Shown: positions 23,913 to 38,412 of the stretch, in pieces
How the letters are laid out: every line of letters begins with the position of its first letter
How positions within the stretch are numbered: position 1 is the first letter of the stretch
From: Hormiphora californensis
Lineage: Eukaryota > Animalia > Ctenophora
Direction of reading: 5' to 3'
DNA: 64,000 bases
Assembly: GCA_020137815.1 (NCBI GenBank)
Contig: CM035359.1
Coordinates: forward strand, 3,038,001 to 3,102,000
Notes under the pieces: generated by a model
Seen by the model: only the letters and a program-made list of their open reading frames with translations
The model's database searches: none
Told to the model about the DNA's origin: nothing
Translations under genes and position numbers: made by a program

Positions 23913-26900
23913 TCATGTGGGGCATGTCACGTTATCGGTTGAATCTGCCCAACAGGGGTATTCAGAAAGTCCCAAACCAGCGTATATCCACGTTGAAGTT
24001 GCCATGACAGTTATCAATACGGAGATCAAATTCATGACAAGACCAGTTTTTATCTGAAAAGATAAATATATCATGAATTCCATGTGTATATCGGACTTCG
24101 ATATACCGCGATGCTCGGGGGAAGCTGCGTATCGGTCCTAGAATGATGGGTTACATACCATATCCATGACCCTGAGTTCCTTGAAGGCGAAGACGAGGGC
24201 ATTAGGTCCAGTTGCGGAGGGCAGGCAGAAGGCAAGAGAAGCAGAGATTGTGCCAGTTATCATCAGATATAGCGGGTGAACCTGAGGAAGTGTTACAGGG
24301 ATTTAGAAACTTCTTCATTTGTAAAAACCACATCCATGATAAGTCATAAGACCCCATGATATGACAAGACAAATTCAAGACATTCAACTAATTGCCACGG
24401 CAGTTGAACGTGTGTCATTTACCCGTACCTTAATTGCCCTACTAAGGGATATCAATACAATACCCGTACCTTGATTGCCCTACTAAGGGATATCAATACA
24501 GGAAGAAGGAGGGTGGTTGAAGCAGTGTTGGAGGCGAACTCAGTCAGCACTGCCATCATTGAGGCTACAACAAGGGCTATCAGGACGTGATGGGAGTTTT
24601 GGAGGAAGCTAAACTGCTCCCCAATCCAAAGAGACAAACCAGAATCCTGGAGAGGGTTAGTTAGTTAGTTAGGAAGCTAAACTGCTCCCCAATCCAAAGA
24701 GACAAACCAGAATCCTAGAGAGGGTTAGTTAGTTAGTTAGGAAGCTAAACTGCTCCCCAATCCAAAGAGACAAACCAGAATCCTGGAGAGGGTCTAATTA
24801 TTGAAACGAAAACGATTATTGATTTATTATGGTTACAGGAGTTGGCCGCCTTAAAAAAGGTGGACATACTATCAAGAAATATATTTACCTTACACCCTGC
24901 AGCTATTGCATACCCTCCACCCAGAATGAATAGGACATCCCAAGGAGTTTTATCCATATAGGTTTTTTGGGTTAGTAACCGCTCCAATCGCTCCAATTTG
25001 GATCCTTTATCTGGGGAATGGTTGTTGGCGGTTGGTCCCTTACACGACAAGTTGTTGGCGGATTCGTCACGAGATTCAACAAATCGAAATGGATATGGAT
25101 TTCTACCAAAAACAATTATCCATGTATGTCTAAAGAGAATATGTAATCTACCTGGTTTACAGCTGCCCCTAAGGGGGTTTCCTGAAGGCAGTACCTGGTT
25201 TGCAACTTCCCCTAAGGTTGGATCCATCGCATCCTATTCTCGCTCCGCGAATAATGTGAGATCGATCTCGGTCGCTGCGCGACCTCGATCTCACTCAGGC
25301 ATCAATGTGGCCAACCCCTAAGGGGGTTTCCTGAGGGCAGTACCTGGTTTGCAACTGCCCCTAAGGGGGTTTCCTGAGGGCAGTACCTGGTTTGCAACTG
25401 CCCCTAAGGGGGTTTCCTGAGGGCAGTACCTGGTTTACAGCTGCCCCTAAGGGGGTTTCCTGAGGGCACAATGAAGAGAAGGAACACAACCATAACCGCT
25501 ACCCAGGTGTCTTTTAGGTAGATCTTGAGCTTCCCCCCAGAGTCCCTCCTACCAAAGATCTCAGCATGTTTCTGGGAGGTGTAAGTAGTTTTAGAGAGGC
25601 AGTTTTGCACCCTTTTCTATGAACCATAGAACAGCTCAACTACAAGTACAAGTACAGCTGGCTGCCATTTGCCCATTTTATTTGTTTAACAATTATACCT
25701 GAGCCCACCCGGGGAACTGGTCGGGCAGCATAAAGAGCCACAGAAAGACCAACAGGAGCACAATTAGTGTCAGGAGGATTTCTGTGAACCTCATTGAACC
25801 CAACGTCTTGTACTCTACTTGGATGGTACGGTTGATGTGGTTCCACTTTTCACGCTCTTTATTCTCTCCTGGAATATCAGGATATCATTCAAGAAGGCGT
25901 GATTAATTAAACTCGGTAGACAAGGGAATTCTGCAAATAAAATGTTTTCCCGCGTGTACCTGATCTATCGCAGCACAATTTGAAAGTAATGAGGTTCAGC
26001 CAGCTGGTTCGGGCGTATACCAAACACAAAACGGTCCATCCCACAATAAGGAGTATTGCGGACAGGGGGAAGGCCATGAACAACCATGTTTTGTAGTCAA
26101 TTGAGGGCTGGTCGGGGAAGGACGCCTCGAAGATCGTTTGTAGAACCAAGTTCGGTGGGGTACCTGCAATTTACACTCTTTTAGTATTTAGCAACATATC
26201 TAATATACTCAATCGGCGCTGATCACCCAATCTGACGATATATGTAAAGATAAGAATTCAAAAGGGCTGTCATCAGACAATATTTCTTCCATAGTCTCTG
26301 GTCGCATCAGCCGTTGGCGTATGGCATTAACACTTTACGCTATACCTGTTAGCGTGGCGATTCCCCCAATGCTAGCCCCATATGGCACACAGAGAAGGAG
26401 ACCCTTGGTAAATCTCTTGAATTCCTTCTCCTGCTTTCTACTGAACTGCCCTCTCTCCTGATCACCCTCCTGATCCGGGCTGCCCACTTTTGAAAGTTGA
26501 ATATCTTGCCTCGCTGTTACCTCCCGCAAACTGTCAATAATTGCATCTGAAACAAGTTATAACAAAATTGAAAGTTATAAAAGCAATTCACAAGAACCCG
26601 TACATAAGACCAAAACAGGGACATGGAACCTCTGCTTCACAGGGACACGGAACCCCTGCTTCCCGGATTTACAGGGACACGGAACCCCTGCTTCACAGAC
26701 ATGGAACCCCTGCTTTACAGGGACACGGAACCCCTGCTTCCCCTTCCCTTACCAGCTATTGGTAGCATCATGGCCGTTGTGGCAGTATAATTGTCCCTGT
26801 AAAGGGAGGGTTAGAACATAACAAGATTTACCAGCTATTGGTAGCATCATGGCCGTTGTGGCGGTGTTACTCATGAACATGGACAGTAACCAAGTACAAA

Positions 26901-27814
26901 TCATTGCTCCCAACATCAGTAGTGCTTCGCCCCGACCTGAGAGACGGAATGGATTTGTTGAGTGTGGAACAATATGAGAAATCCAAACAGCAGGGACTCT
27001 ATTAATATAGAAGTGGACGAAGGAAATGGCACCATCCATGATTCTACAACACTAAATTTTGTATAAACAGATTAGACTTACCTAGGACGGACAAGATTTT
27101 AAGGGCAAGTCTCCGGTGAAGACCACATCTTTCAAAACTTTCCGCAATCAGGAGGGTAGCCAGCATGAGCATACTGACGTAGTTGAAATACTTGCCACAT
27201 ACTTCCTTCGTGTCCATGATCCCAAAGAAGGGAAACAGGAGGGCGGGAAGAAGACCTGACATGATCAGGGGAATATGAACACAGTAATTGGACTTATGGG
27301 GATGCTCGGGGGGAAAGGGTTTTGCCCGGTATATCAGGGTTCCGGGAAATCGGGGTCCGACTGTATTATTATAAATTTAAACCCTTAACCCGGCCTAATT
27401 TTCCATGCCAAATCAGGCTCTAATTTGTTGGAAACTAACCAGTGATCATGAGAGGGATCGCCTCAGTCATCCAAAGAAGTGCTGTGGCTAGAATCACACA
27501 GGCCGCCCTGCCTTTGGTCTCCTGAAATGAGATCTTGTAGTTGTACAAAGGAACCCCCAATTGCTAATAAAGGCTTAGCTTTAGTGGAATTACCATAGCC
27601 AATGAGGTTTAGCCAAGGCGTGCTTAAATTGCTATTTGCTTCTTGAACAAAACTAATCTTTCAGCGCCAAGTTTACCTCAACTGGTAGTGACATGCCAGT
27701 GATGACAGCAACTAGCAGCACCGTTACTGTTACAACTGTTTTCCATCGTGGCAACACTGTATACTCCACCACCTCCACTTCCTCGGGCTCTTCTTCAATC
27801 ACTGGTTCGTACAT
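23913..27814 (-). CDS. SLC13: SLC13 Na+/dicarboxylate-citrate-sulfate cotransporter (INDY-like)
   Basis: Motifs LWMTEAIPL, HRRLALKIL, SMFMSNTATTAMMLPI, YGASIGGIATLTG/TPPNLV, PWDVLFILGGGYAIA, TEFASNTAS, LAFCLPSATGPNA, KTGLVMN. ATG 27814, TGA 23913; ~13 exons. Confidence 0.92.
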
Positions 27815-30800
27815 AGCACGTGTCCTTTATACTACACCTGCAAGACGTGGACACAAGAGGTGGACACATGAACGGTTTAGTTTTCCGTACATAAAACAGC
27901 TCCTGTTTTTTAGAGTCTGAACAAGCTTCAAAGCAAAAAAGATCGTAATCAAGGGAAATCTTAAAAGTTTCTTGCTTAAAAAAGAGAAAATGACGGCATG
28001 AGGCCCTAAAATATTAAGGATAATTTAAGGCATTCAGTTAAAGAGCCGTTACTGGTAGAGCAATATCAGAGGCCAGAGGACAAAAAATCACTTTCAGGAG
28101 ATACATTATCCAATTACCAACCCCCTTATTCCTCAACCCAGGGAGAGAGAGTGCTGAGGGAATTCAATATACGAGCCATTGGCAGTGCTTCGTTAGGTTC
28201 ACTGTAATTAAAAATAGGAAATATAAAAGGTTTATAAAATTGGATTTCAAGCAATTGAGTTTGCAGAAATCCAATTTTTTGAACCTTTCATCAAAAGCTT
28301 TTGCAGTTCTAAATAATAATGTTGATTCTCTGGTGGTAACTATACTACTGGAAGTGGGAATAGGAAGCACAAATATATTTGAGAGACACAAATATATTTG
28401 AGAGACAGTGGTCAGAGTTTATGGGTTATATACCCTGCTTTAGTTGTTTATTTCAAGTATTACACACCAACAAGAGAGAGAACACTAATCAAAACACACA
28501 AAGAGAACTGAGAAATAGTTAAAAACACGTCACAATTGAGTGTACACTGTTTGGTAACAGTTACTAAGCAGTTGCTAAGGAAAGAGAGTAAAAGAAATAG
28601 CCTGATAAGGGGCATGTCACAAATAACACAGAGAAAGAGATAGTGAGACAAAAGGGGAGATAAAGAGAGAGTAATTGACGGAATGTGTCCTTTCTTTCTC
28701 TCCAATGTAGTGTGTAAGTGTTGCACATAGTGTTCCCTCTGTATTTTAGTAAGAACTGATCATTTACACACACTTTGAATGTTACGTAGGAGTTAAAAAT
28801 AAATAACCTGCCAGTGGGAAATAATCTGCCGCTGGACTGGCTGTTTACTGAGAGCGCGCTAGTGGGAGTTCTCGCCACTGGCGCATTATTTAAGTTAGCA
28901 GGGTATATAGTAGGGTATATGCAGCACACTCTTCAAACACGCATTCTTTGCATTCTTTGCAAGCAGTTCAGTTTCACAGCATCTAATAAAAACACACAAT
29001 ATGTTCCACCGCATGTGAAACATACCATATCGGTGAAGCTGTAATGTTTAAACAAACATAGAAGAGCCCCACTAAGACAGGATATATTGTATTTAGTCAA
29101 GCGTATCGAATCTCAATACTAAAGCGTGTGTACAACCGTGTGTAGAACCATATTATTCAAGAAAACACGGTGACTTTTGGGGCTGTGGCATTGCCACCAC
29201 AGTTGAATATAACATCGCGTTCTAGTGGTCGAGTATCAAATGTGCTGCAGCTCCCTTCATTAAATGAGCTAGATCATTGTCAAATATATCCTCTATACAT
29301 TTAATAAACTAATTACACAATTAAAACCCTTTCTTATTGTGCTAGGGTGTACGTCTTCCTTTCGCCCTAGGCTCCTAGAACAATAGAATAAGGAGCTGCG
29401 TTAAGGAGTGGCGGACCTCTGTCTCAGTCTGGCAACACCAACACCGACCACTATCTTGGTAGTCAAATACCTTGCTCGACCCCTTTTCGCGAGCTCCGAA
29501 ATGTAAAGGGAGAGTTAGAACATAACAGCAAATGCCCAATAGGTGGTCATTGGTCGCATTGCAAGGCCCACAGCCCCACATAAACGATGGGTCGCCGGGA
29601 ACAAACTAAATGCATTTCAACTTCCTATATAGAGTGAGAAGCATCGTGAAGAAATGTCACATCGGGTCTGCAGCATGGTGTCTGTATATAGAGGAGAAAT
29701 AGGGGCGGAATAAATCAATATGTTGTATTTTATATGTGCATACAAATTTATGCACACACGTCATACAAGAAAATGTGACAGGTTATCCTGGATTCATACT
29801 AGTAAGGGAATAATAGTATACTTGTGCACGGTACTAAACCTGCACGTGCAAATGTTGCTTCATTACTTCTATCATCACTGTACTATAACCAACCATCTGC
29901 CTTTTTAAATAAACTAGAGCCCAACGTTCTCGCAATAGTAACAACAGCTGATTCAAAGTGATTCATATGTTGAAAAAATCAATTTTTGCACGATTTTGAG
30001 ACGTTTTACGTCATAACTCGGCCATTTCTCAACCAATTTCAAATTTCCTGGGATCTTTAGAAAGAGGGGATCGAGCTCTTTCCCATGAGCTATAAAGTTT
30101 CAATATTGCTCAAGAACTCAATTTGCACGTGCACACTGCACGTCCCTACCATCGCCGGTTGAACCCCTCCCAGCCCATCTGAGCTCCTACTAAACTGCAC
30201 GTGCAAATGTTTAGTCATCACTACCAACCTTCTGCCTTTTTTAATATAGATGATAGAAAGCCTGCTAAAGTAGAGCACCCGTTGACCCAAATCCCCACAA
30301 TCTCCCTCACCCGGGAGCAACCCTCACGCCCGCTGCACCAACTCGCACGTGCAACCTTTTATAATCACGCGCTGGGTAGGGCCTATGGCACCTCCTTGGC
30401 AACTCCCCTCTATTTGCACTCCATCACGAAGTTTCTACTCCATCACGAAGTTTCTACTTTATAAATATCAGCGGGTGAAAATTTGTCTGATATTATACCC
30501 CGCCCGCTATAAAAAGCAAGGATTTTTTTTGCCGCTGAAAATTATAATCAATAAATCCTTGCTTATAGAAAGTATTTAAACCCCTCCCTTTGGTCGGGTT
30601 TTATACCATATACCACCCTCCCTGCTTCGCAGGTCGGGCAGTATATGGTGTAGCGAATCACCCTAGCGGGTGACCTGCTACATATAAACCCGGGTTTATT
30701 GATTATATATAATAGATGATTATAGTAAGATTTCTCTTCAATAAACGTTTCTCGATCTATTTTTAGGGGTGCTAGCGCACACATTTCCTTTTTGGACATT

Positions 30801-30834
30801 TCTATATCTATCTCTACAATAAACGGTCCTCGAG

Positions 30835-30839
<5 letters not shown>

Positions 30840-30905
<66 letters not shown>
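30840..30905. repeat. (CT)n microsatellite
   Basis: Direct. Confidence 0.95.
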
Positions 30906-30908
<3 letters not shown>

Positions 30909-31758
30909 CCGATTCCCCAAACTTAGCAAGGTCAGCTAAGTCTCTATATATCTCTCTCTATCTCTATTGCTCTATCTCTAGTCTCTGCTGCTGATTCAGT
31001 CTGCTCTCCCTCTTTTCAAATCCTCTCCTATAGTTCTTGAGGTAGACTCTGTTCTGCAGTACTGATCGTTGCCTTCTCCCATTGGCTGAAAAGCTGTCAC
31101 ATGAGGAACACGCGCCTGTTTTCTAGCACGCCATTGGCTGACACGTTATAGCAATGGTTTTTTTTCTCTAACAACGCCCTGTACTGCAGAACAACAAGCT
31201 AAATCGAGCTCTCCCTTCACACAGTGCCAAGCGTGTCGAGCTCTCCGGTCTCCCCTGTTTGGATGATCTTTGTACTTTGTAGCTGAGTTCCCTCCTTTAT
31301 AAAATGCATGAAATTCATATAATCAGCACAAAAATGGCGGAATTTCGGCGCAAAATGCACGTTTTGAAGTTAAAAATTTTGTGCCATTTTTGTGACGATT
31401 TCAAAATTCTTGAGCTGTACGGAACGTACTCAATGCTCTTTTTTCCAAAATAAAGCAATTTTGCCAATGTCAAGAAATGAAAAAATGTACGTCAAATTTT
31501 TAAAAACGCTTTAGATGTACTATTGATCAGTAGGGCGTGTGTGTGTGAGAGAGAGAGATCTTGTTAGAATATGCACAATTTTTGTTTATATCGAGGTTTG
31601 GCTACGATTATAATATGTAGGGGAGACCCATATGTGAACCACTATCATGTTTAGGTGTGTCCTGTTCAACAATTTAATACCTATTTTTTGGTAGATGGTC
31701 ATTAAATCGTTCATTTTATTTCCCCAATGTGTCATTTACAGCTTAAAATAACCCCTGA

Positions 31759-32413
31759 GGGGGACCACATACAGCACTGTACTGAAATTCGCACCGCCGT
31801 ATGTGGTGCCTCTAACTTCAGTTCTCACTAGCACATACAACACTTTCGGTGCAAACTCCAGTACACACTGCCGTATGTGGTGCCTCTTACTGATAAATAT
31901 CGGTGGGACTATCAGTACACAATCTCACGTGAGCTTAGCTCAGAAAAGATCAGTACGGTGCTGTATGTGCTCTTCGTACTGAACTGAAAGGTCACGTGGG
32001 GGTCACGTGCGCGCACTAGCCAATGACAGACCTGCATCTCACAATACACACACACACCCACACCACAGCAACCAATAAGAGGTGCACGCACTCTCACTAC
32101 GACAGAAAGGGCCACACCTAGAACAAGGGCGAGATTATCCGACATATCGAGAAAATATGTGCTGCAATCGGGAAAGAAAAGAGAGAGATAAGTGGAGATA
32201 AACATAACAAGAGAGAGAAAAGGAGGTAGAGAGAGTTCGGTATTAGTGAGAGGAAGATATTTCACAAAAAATTACGTGTTTTTAGCTTGTTTTGAAGGTT
32301 TTTTATTGATTGTTCAGTAAGAGGCACCACATACACTCACTGTACTGAAGTTTCCACCGACAGTATGTGGTGCGACGTTCTGGAGTTCGCACCGGTGCTG
32401 TATGTGGTCCCCC
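31759..32413. mobile_element. MITE (possibly Harbinger-type)
   Basis: TIR GGGGGACCACATACAGCAC ... GTGCTGTATGTGGTCCCCC with subterminal repeats; flanks TGA/TTA (imperfect TSD). Confidence 0.65.
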
Positions 32414-33775
32414 TTAGTAGAGATATGCTGGTATGTATTCCATTTGGAAAAAAACTTACAGCGTTGAATGGGTCAAGTTTGCCAAGTCAGACTGTTTTAA
32501 TATAAAAGAGTTTGTACAAAACAAGGTCAAGTCTCCCCTACATACTTTTGCTTTCGTATACCACGTGGCTATCAAACATTTAATCTTGTGCTTGTTACTT
32601 CCTATTTGCAAACTCTCGATACATTTTTCTTATGTTCATCTCATTCTCGCAAAAATATTTTTTAGACACTTTAGTTGTAACATACATATTAGCAGACATT
32701 AATTAAAAAGTTTATAAAGTTTACTTAACAATAACACCCACTTTTATTAAGTGATATGTGTGTTAACATGATACGTCTCCTTCTCTTTACAGCTGCATTA
32801 TGTGGAAGTATTGTTCTTGCAGGTTCGTCAATATCGGTAGGCGGTAAATGTGTGCACTCACAGCATCTGGTAACGTGATAAGCACATGCCATTAAGATTT
32901 ATCGCGTGACCTATCACGTGACCAGATGCTGTGACACGTCTTCTGACAGGAGTAGGATTAGGAAGAGTCCACACGTCGCTTACAAGCGACAACTACCACA
33001 GTACCACACAAAAGAATGGATTCACCATTCTCTTACTCTTGCTAGAAAATAAGAGTTATTTTGGAGAACAGTCAGCACCTGTCGCTCACTCCAGTTAAGC
33101 GATTGCGAAATCAATCAGCACCTGACGATTGTCGCTTACTTCAATTCAGTAAGAGTCGTATGATTTATTGATTTCCCTCAGTGAAAACCTGTCTCATATA
33201 AGACTGTCCTCTTCGTACCGGGCCGAAGGCCCAAAGGCTCCGTGAGGACGCGATGTACAGTCAGTGCCTGATATGACAATCAGAGCATTGGCCTGAGCGT
33301 GCGAGAACTGTGATCGCAGAGCATTTGCCTGACACTGACAATCTGGCGCTCTGATTGCTCTCGTCTTACCGTTTTTCACTGTCAGTGAAAGTGAAAAACG
33401 GTAAGACGAGACCAGTCAGAGCGCCAGATTGACAAAACGTGTGTCCTGTCGACACCGAAATATATATGTATTTCAAATATATATGCATTTCAGAAACCAT
33501 GTTATTCAGACACCGCATTCCCACTACAACTGAATACAAGCAGGATAATAAATTTATTTTCTTTAGTTTAGTATTAATAATTCATAATATTTTTATTGCA
33601 CTTCAGACTGGACAGCTGTAAATCGTACTATACCCTGGGACCTGGAGACAACACCTCTCCAGATAAAGACAGACTCTTTACTGGGCAATGATGATCATAA
33701 GATTTTGGTTTTGATGCGCGACAAGAACAGCGGCTGGGTGGGTGATGTGCGTGTGAGGTTTTTCTCTCCGATTAA

Positions 33776-35053
33776 GGGTACACCTCGGCAAAATTTTTGT
33801 CGAGTGCCCGCTTAGCTCTCCATATGGGGTTGTAGGGCATACCAAGCCGACCTCAAATATGCAATTTTAGCCCTTAACTCGAATTCATATTTTTGCTACA
33901 GCCCCTCAAAGTTTGACCCTAAAAACCGGTTTTTAAGGTCCCTAAATTTTATTTTTAGGGCTAGAAAGCTGAAAATTTAGGGATTCATAGAGGATACCAA
34001 GGTGTATAGCTCAAACAGAAATTTTTTGAAATGGAGCTCAATTTTTTGTCTGAGACTATTTTACTTTTTTTGACTTTGAGGCCATATTTGGACATGTTCC
34101 TATGGACCGTTAAGGCTAAAAATTGGATATTTGGTGCTCCTAACAATTGTCAAAGTAGCCACAAATTTTAAGGAGGTCCGAATTTGAAATGTGGCCTACA
34201 GGTTTCTTTTTGTAAAGCACATATTTTAGGAAAACTTAAAATGGCTATATCTCAAAAACGGTAGGTTCTAGCGATCTAATTTCGTGCTAAATCGATTCAG
34301 CGGGTCCGATTTTGGGGGGGTCGTCTCTTAGACATTTTGCTCTAAGTCTAACCGTTTTTTCAGAAATCGTATTTTAAGGTTTGTACATGTTTAGCAGAAA
34401 TAGGTAAGATTAGCTCTAGCTAGAAGCATTTCTGCTAAACATGTACAAACCTTAAAATACGATTTCTGAAAAAACGGTTAGACTTAGAGCAAAATGTCTA
34501 AGAGACGACCCCCCCAAAATCAGACCCGCTGAATCGATTTAGCACGAAATTAGATCGCTAGGACCTACCGTTTTTGAGATATAGCCATTTTAAGTTTTCC
34601 TAAAATATGTGCTTTACAAAAAGAAACCTGTAGGCCACATTTCAAATTCGGACCTCCTGAAAATTTGTGGCTACTTTGACAATTGTTAGGAGCACCAAAT
34701 ATCCAATTTTTAGCCTTAACGGTCCATAGGAACATGTCCAAATATGGCCTCAAAGTCAAAAAAAGTAAAATAGTCTCAGACAAAAAATTGAGCTCCATTT
34801 CAAAAAATTTCTGTTTGAGCTATACACCTTGGTATCCTCTATGAATCCCTAAATTTTCAGCTTTCTAGCCCTAAAAATAAAATTTAGGGACCTTAAAAAC
34901 CGGTTTTTAGGGTCAAACTTTGAGGGGCTGTAGCAAAAATATGAATTCGAGTTAAGGGCTAAAATTGCATATTTGAGGTCGGCTTGGTATGCCCTACAAC
35001 CCCATATGGAGAGCTAAGCGGGCACTCGACAAAAATTTTGCCGAGGTGTACCC
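33776..35053. mobile_element. 1.28-kb palindromic Kolobok-like element
   Basis: TTAA|GGGTACACCTCGG ... CCGAGGTGTACCC|TTAA; near-perfect foldback centred ~34414. Confidence 0.8.
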
Positions 35054-35330
35054 TTAAGTATTATATAAGCGACTGCGAGTATTACACAGCCCTGCCAGTG
35101 GCGCCCCCGGTGGAGGTGGATAAGATCTGGACGATCTCCAAAACAGAGACCGCCATCATCATCACATGTAACAATGTGGAGGTGCTGAACTATCTTTTCA
35201 AAGATAGTTCAAAAAGCGACTGTGTTTCAAAGTGGGGCGGTGATGTTGTGGAGAAGATTAGTTTTCACGAGGCTGACTTCGCATCCGACTTCTACAGAGC
35301 AGATAAAGGTATGATATTTATGTGTATACC

Positions 35331-36970
35331 CACGGTGCACCAGAAGGATCGTCAACCCAAAGTTGAGCCCGCAAAACAAACTTTTGTTGGGGGTGACCCA
35401 GGAGGCCTTCCTGAACATCCCCACGGTGAGAAAAGTATATGTTATCGGGGAAAATTTTTGTCAAAATCGAAAAAACTGGTTTTTGGTCCAAATTTGTGCA
35501 TAACTTACTTGACTGCCGTTTTATGAAATATCTGATTGACATAAAATAAGTATACAAGACCTATTTTTGCACGAGGAATCGATTGCCGGTGGAGAGAAAT
35601 CTCTAAAATGACCGGAAAATTGTCAAATATGGGAATTTTGTCATTTTTTTGAGGTTTTTGGCCCTTTAACCATTGAAAACGTTGAGATAGGAAGTTGGCA
35701 ATAGCGCCAATCGTTAAAATGGTCATTTTTCTACGGGATCCCAAAATTTCATGTATATCCGATTCATTGTTAGATTTTGGCAAACTATTGAGATGTGCTT
35801 ACTGAAAAAAGGATAACTTGATTTTCTCGTTTTTTGCGATTTTTTAACTTTTGACAGAATTCTGATTGAAATGGCCAATCACGGCCATGCTAAAGTTGTT
35901 TATTGGACAATTTTCGACCAAAATCCAAGATTTCATGAAAATCCAATTACAGATCATTGATTTATAGAAAGTTGAAAAAGGCAAAAAAGGCCAATTTTTA
36001 CCATGAAAACAAAAATACACATTTTTTCTTGTCAATTTCCATCAGCAACTGGTACCCTACCTATTTTTGCACGTAGAATCGATTGCCGGTGGAGTGGATC
36101 CTCTTTTAAATGATTGGAAAGCGGTCGAAATGCCATTTTTTGGAGGCCAAAAAACCGCCAAAAAATGGCATTTCGACCGCTTTCCAATCATTTAAAAGAG
36201 GATCCACTCCACCGGCAATCGATTCTACGTGCAAAAATAGGTAGGGTACCAGTTGCTGATGGAAATTGACAAGAAAAAATGTGTATTTTTGTTTTCATGG
36301 TAAAAATTGGCCTTTTTTGCCTTTTTCAACTTTCTATAAATCAATGATCTGTAATTGGATTTTCATGAAATCTTGGATTTTGGTCGAAAATTGTCCAATA
36401 AACAACTTTAGCATGGCCGTGATTGGCCATTTCAATCAGAATTCTGTCAAAAGTTAAAAAATCGCAAAAAACGAGAAAATCAAGTTATCCTTTTTTCAGT
36501 AAGCACATCTCAATAGTTTGCCAAAATCTAACAATGAATCGGATATACATGAAATTTTGGGATCCCGTAGAAAAATGACCATTTTAACGATTGGCGCTAT
36601 TGCCAACTTCCTATCTCAACGTTTTCAATGGTTAAAGGGCCAAAAACCTCAAAAAAATGACAAAATTCCCATATTTGACAATTTTCCGGTCATTTTAGAG
36701 ATTTCTCTCCACCGGCAATCGATTCCTCGTGCAAAAATAGGTCTTGTATACTTATTTTATGTCAATCAGATATTTCATCAAACGGCAGTCAAGTAAGTTA
36801 TGCACAAATTTGGACCAAAAACCAGTTTTTTCGATTTTGACAAAAATTTTTCCCGATAACATATACTTTTCTCACCGTGGGGATGTTCAGGAAGGCCTCC
36901 TGGGTCACCCCCAACAAAAGTTTGTTTTGTGGGCTCAACTTTGGGTTGACGATCCTTCTGGTGCACCGTG
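35331..36970. mobile_element. 1.64-kb palindromic Chapaev-like element
   Basis: TACC|CACGGTGCACCAGAAGG ... CCTTCTGGTGCACCGTG|TACC; 4-bp TSD, CAC termini; mirrored ORFs on both strands; centre ~36150. Confidence 0.8.
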
Positions 36971-38171
36971 TACCATTTATAATTACATTATAAGTGGCCA
37001 CGGCGTGCCTGGTGAAACTTCAACACGACCTAGCATGCTACGGGAAACTACCACTTGTACGTGGGTCTACTATGCTAGTGCTACGGTAATCGTATCAACC
37101 ACAGTGGGTTGATAATAGGAATAGGTCCTCAGGGCCGAGAACTCGACTGGGAAATACGAGTGCTTATAAGCAAACACTTGTGTTTGAATTTGTAAAATGT
37201 GTTACATGAATTTGTTTAGATTTACTTTTAATGGTTTGTATATTTATTGCGCTTCAGACTGGACAGCTGTAGAGAGAGAGGGATGGCCCTATGACCTGGA
37301 GGCAACACCTCTCCAGATAAAGACGAACTCCACACTGAGCAGTGATGCGTACAATTACATCATGTTTTATTTGTACGACAGTGACAACAATGAAATCGGT
37401 GATATACGAGTGAAGTTCTCCTCGCCTAATGCAGTATTATATAAACTACTGCTCCAGCGGTTACACAGACCTGCCAGTGCAACCCCCGTTGGAGCTGGAT
37501 AAGATATGGACGATCATCAAAACAGAGACCGCCCTCATCATCACATGTAATGATGTTGAGGTGCTGAACTACCTGTTCACAGATAGTTCAAAAAGCGACT
37601 GTGTTTCAAAGTGGGGCGGTGATGTGGAGCAGATCCAGTTTAGCAGTGCTGACACAGCATCTGACTTCTACAGAGCAGGTAAGGGTCTAAATTAAATCTT
37701 AAAACCGACTTTGGCCATTTCGAATCACCCTAGTTAGTAAGTGGGCGACCCGCTATATTTAAACCTTGGCACCATTGCTACCTGTCTGCTTCACCTCAAT
37801 CTCGCTCACACTAGGTGTCAATGTCACCAAATTTAAACCCGGGTTATTTATTGATTATAATATAATCTCGCACAAAAAAAACGATGTTATACCTAATGAA
37901 CTCACACATATTTTTATTCTGTTCCAGTCGAGTGCCCCGCCTTTACTGTTGACGGATCAATACAAGGAAACTGGGCTGCTTCAACAATAGGAACAACTGC
38001 CACCATCGAATGTGCTGCAAACCATAACCTTGTGGGAAGTGCAATATTGACATGTCAGCATGATCTATCATGGTCAAGTTATGTCAAGTGTGATCAAATT
38101 GGTAAGTTCATTTAGTAATTAATGCAATTTAAATTTCTTGAGTGGGTTACGTTTCGGTGATAAGGTAGCTT

Positions 38172-38412
38172 ACACGGGGGATTACGGGGGCCCGGATGAG
38201 ACGCCCGTATAGATCGCCCGTACCAGTCCCCCGTACATTTGCTTTGCGCATTACGTTTCATCGCACTTTCACCACAACAAAACACTCGCGCGTTACGCGC
38301 ATGTGTTTTGTTGTGGTGAAAGTGTGGTGAAACGTAATGCGCAAAGCAAATGTACGGGGGACTGGTACGGGCGATCTATACGGGCGTCTCATCCGGGCCC
38401 CCGTAATCCGCT
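38172..38412. mobile_element. palindromic MITE (related element at 38727-39083)
   Basis: GGATTACGGGGGCCCGGATGAGA ... TCTCATCCGGGCCCCCGTAATCC. Confidence 0.7.

Noticed and set aside
32425-32850. Possible leader exons (ATGCTG|gt; LHYVEVLFLQ) of the sushi gene
   Set aside because: Phases do not join exon 33607 without assuming an indel.
33776-35058. Exonic Kolobok-like element acting as a precise new intron (introner)
   Set aside because: GT at 33778 and AG at 35057-35058 would leave one extra base, giving a frameshift and an early stop.
35505-36796. Mirror-image ORF pairs as duplicated genes
   Set aside because: They are by-products of the palindrome; same for 6590/6973, 41673/42177 and 48461/48906.
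35331-36970. Transib/RAG-type RSS ends (CACGGTG)
   Set aside because: TSD is 4 bp (TACC), not 5 bp, and no nonamer is evident; Chapaev fits better.
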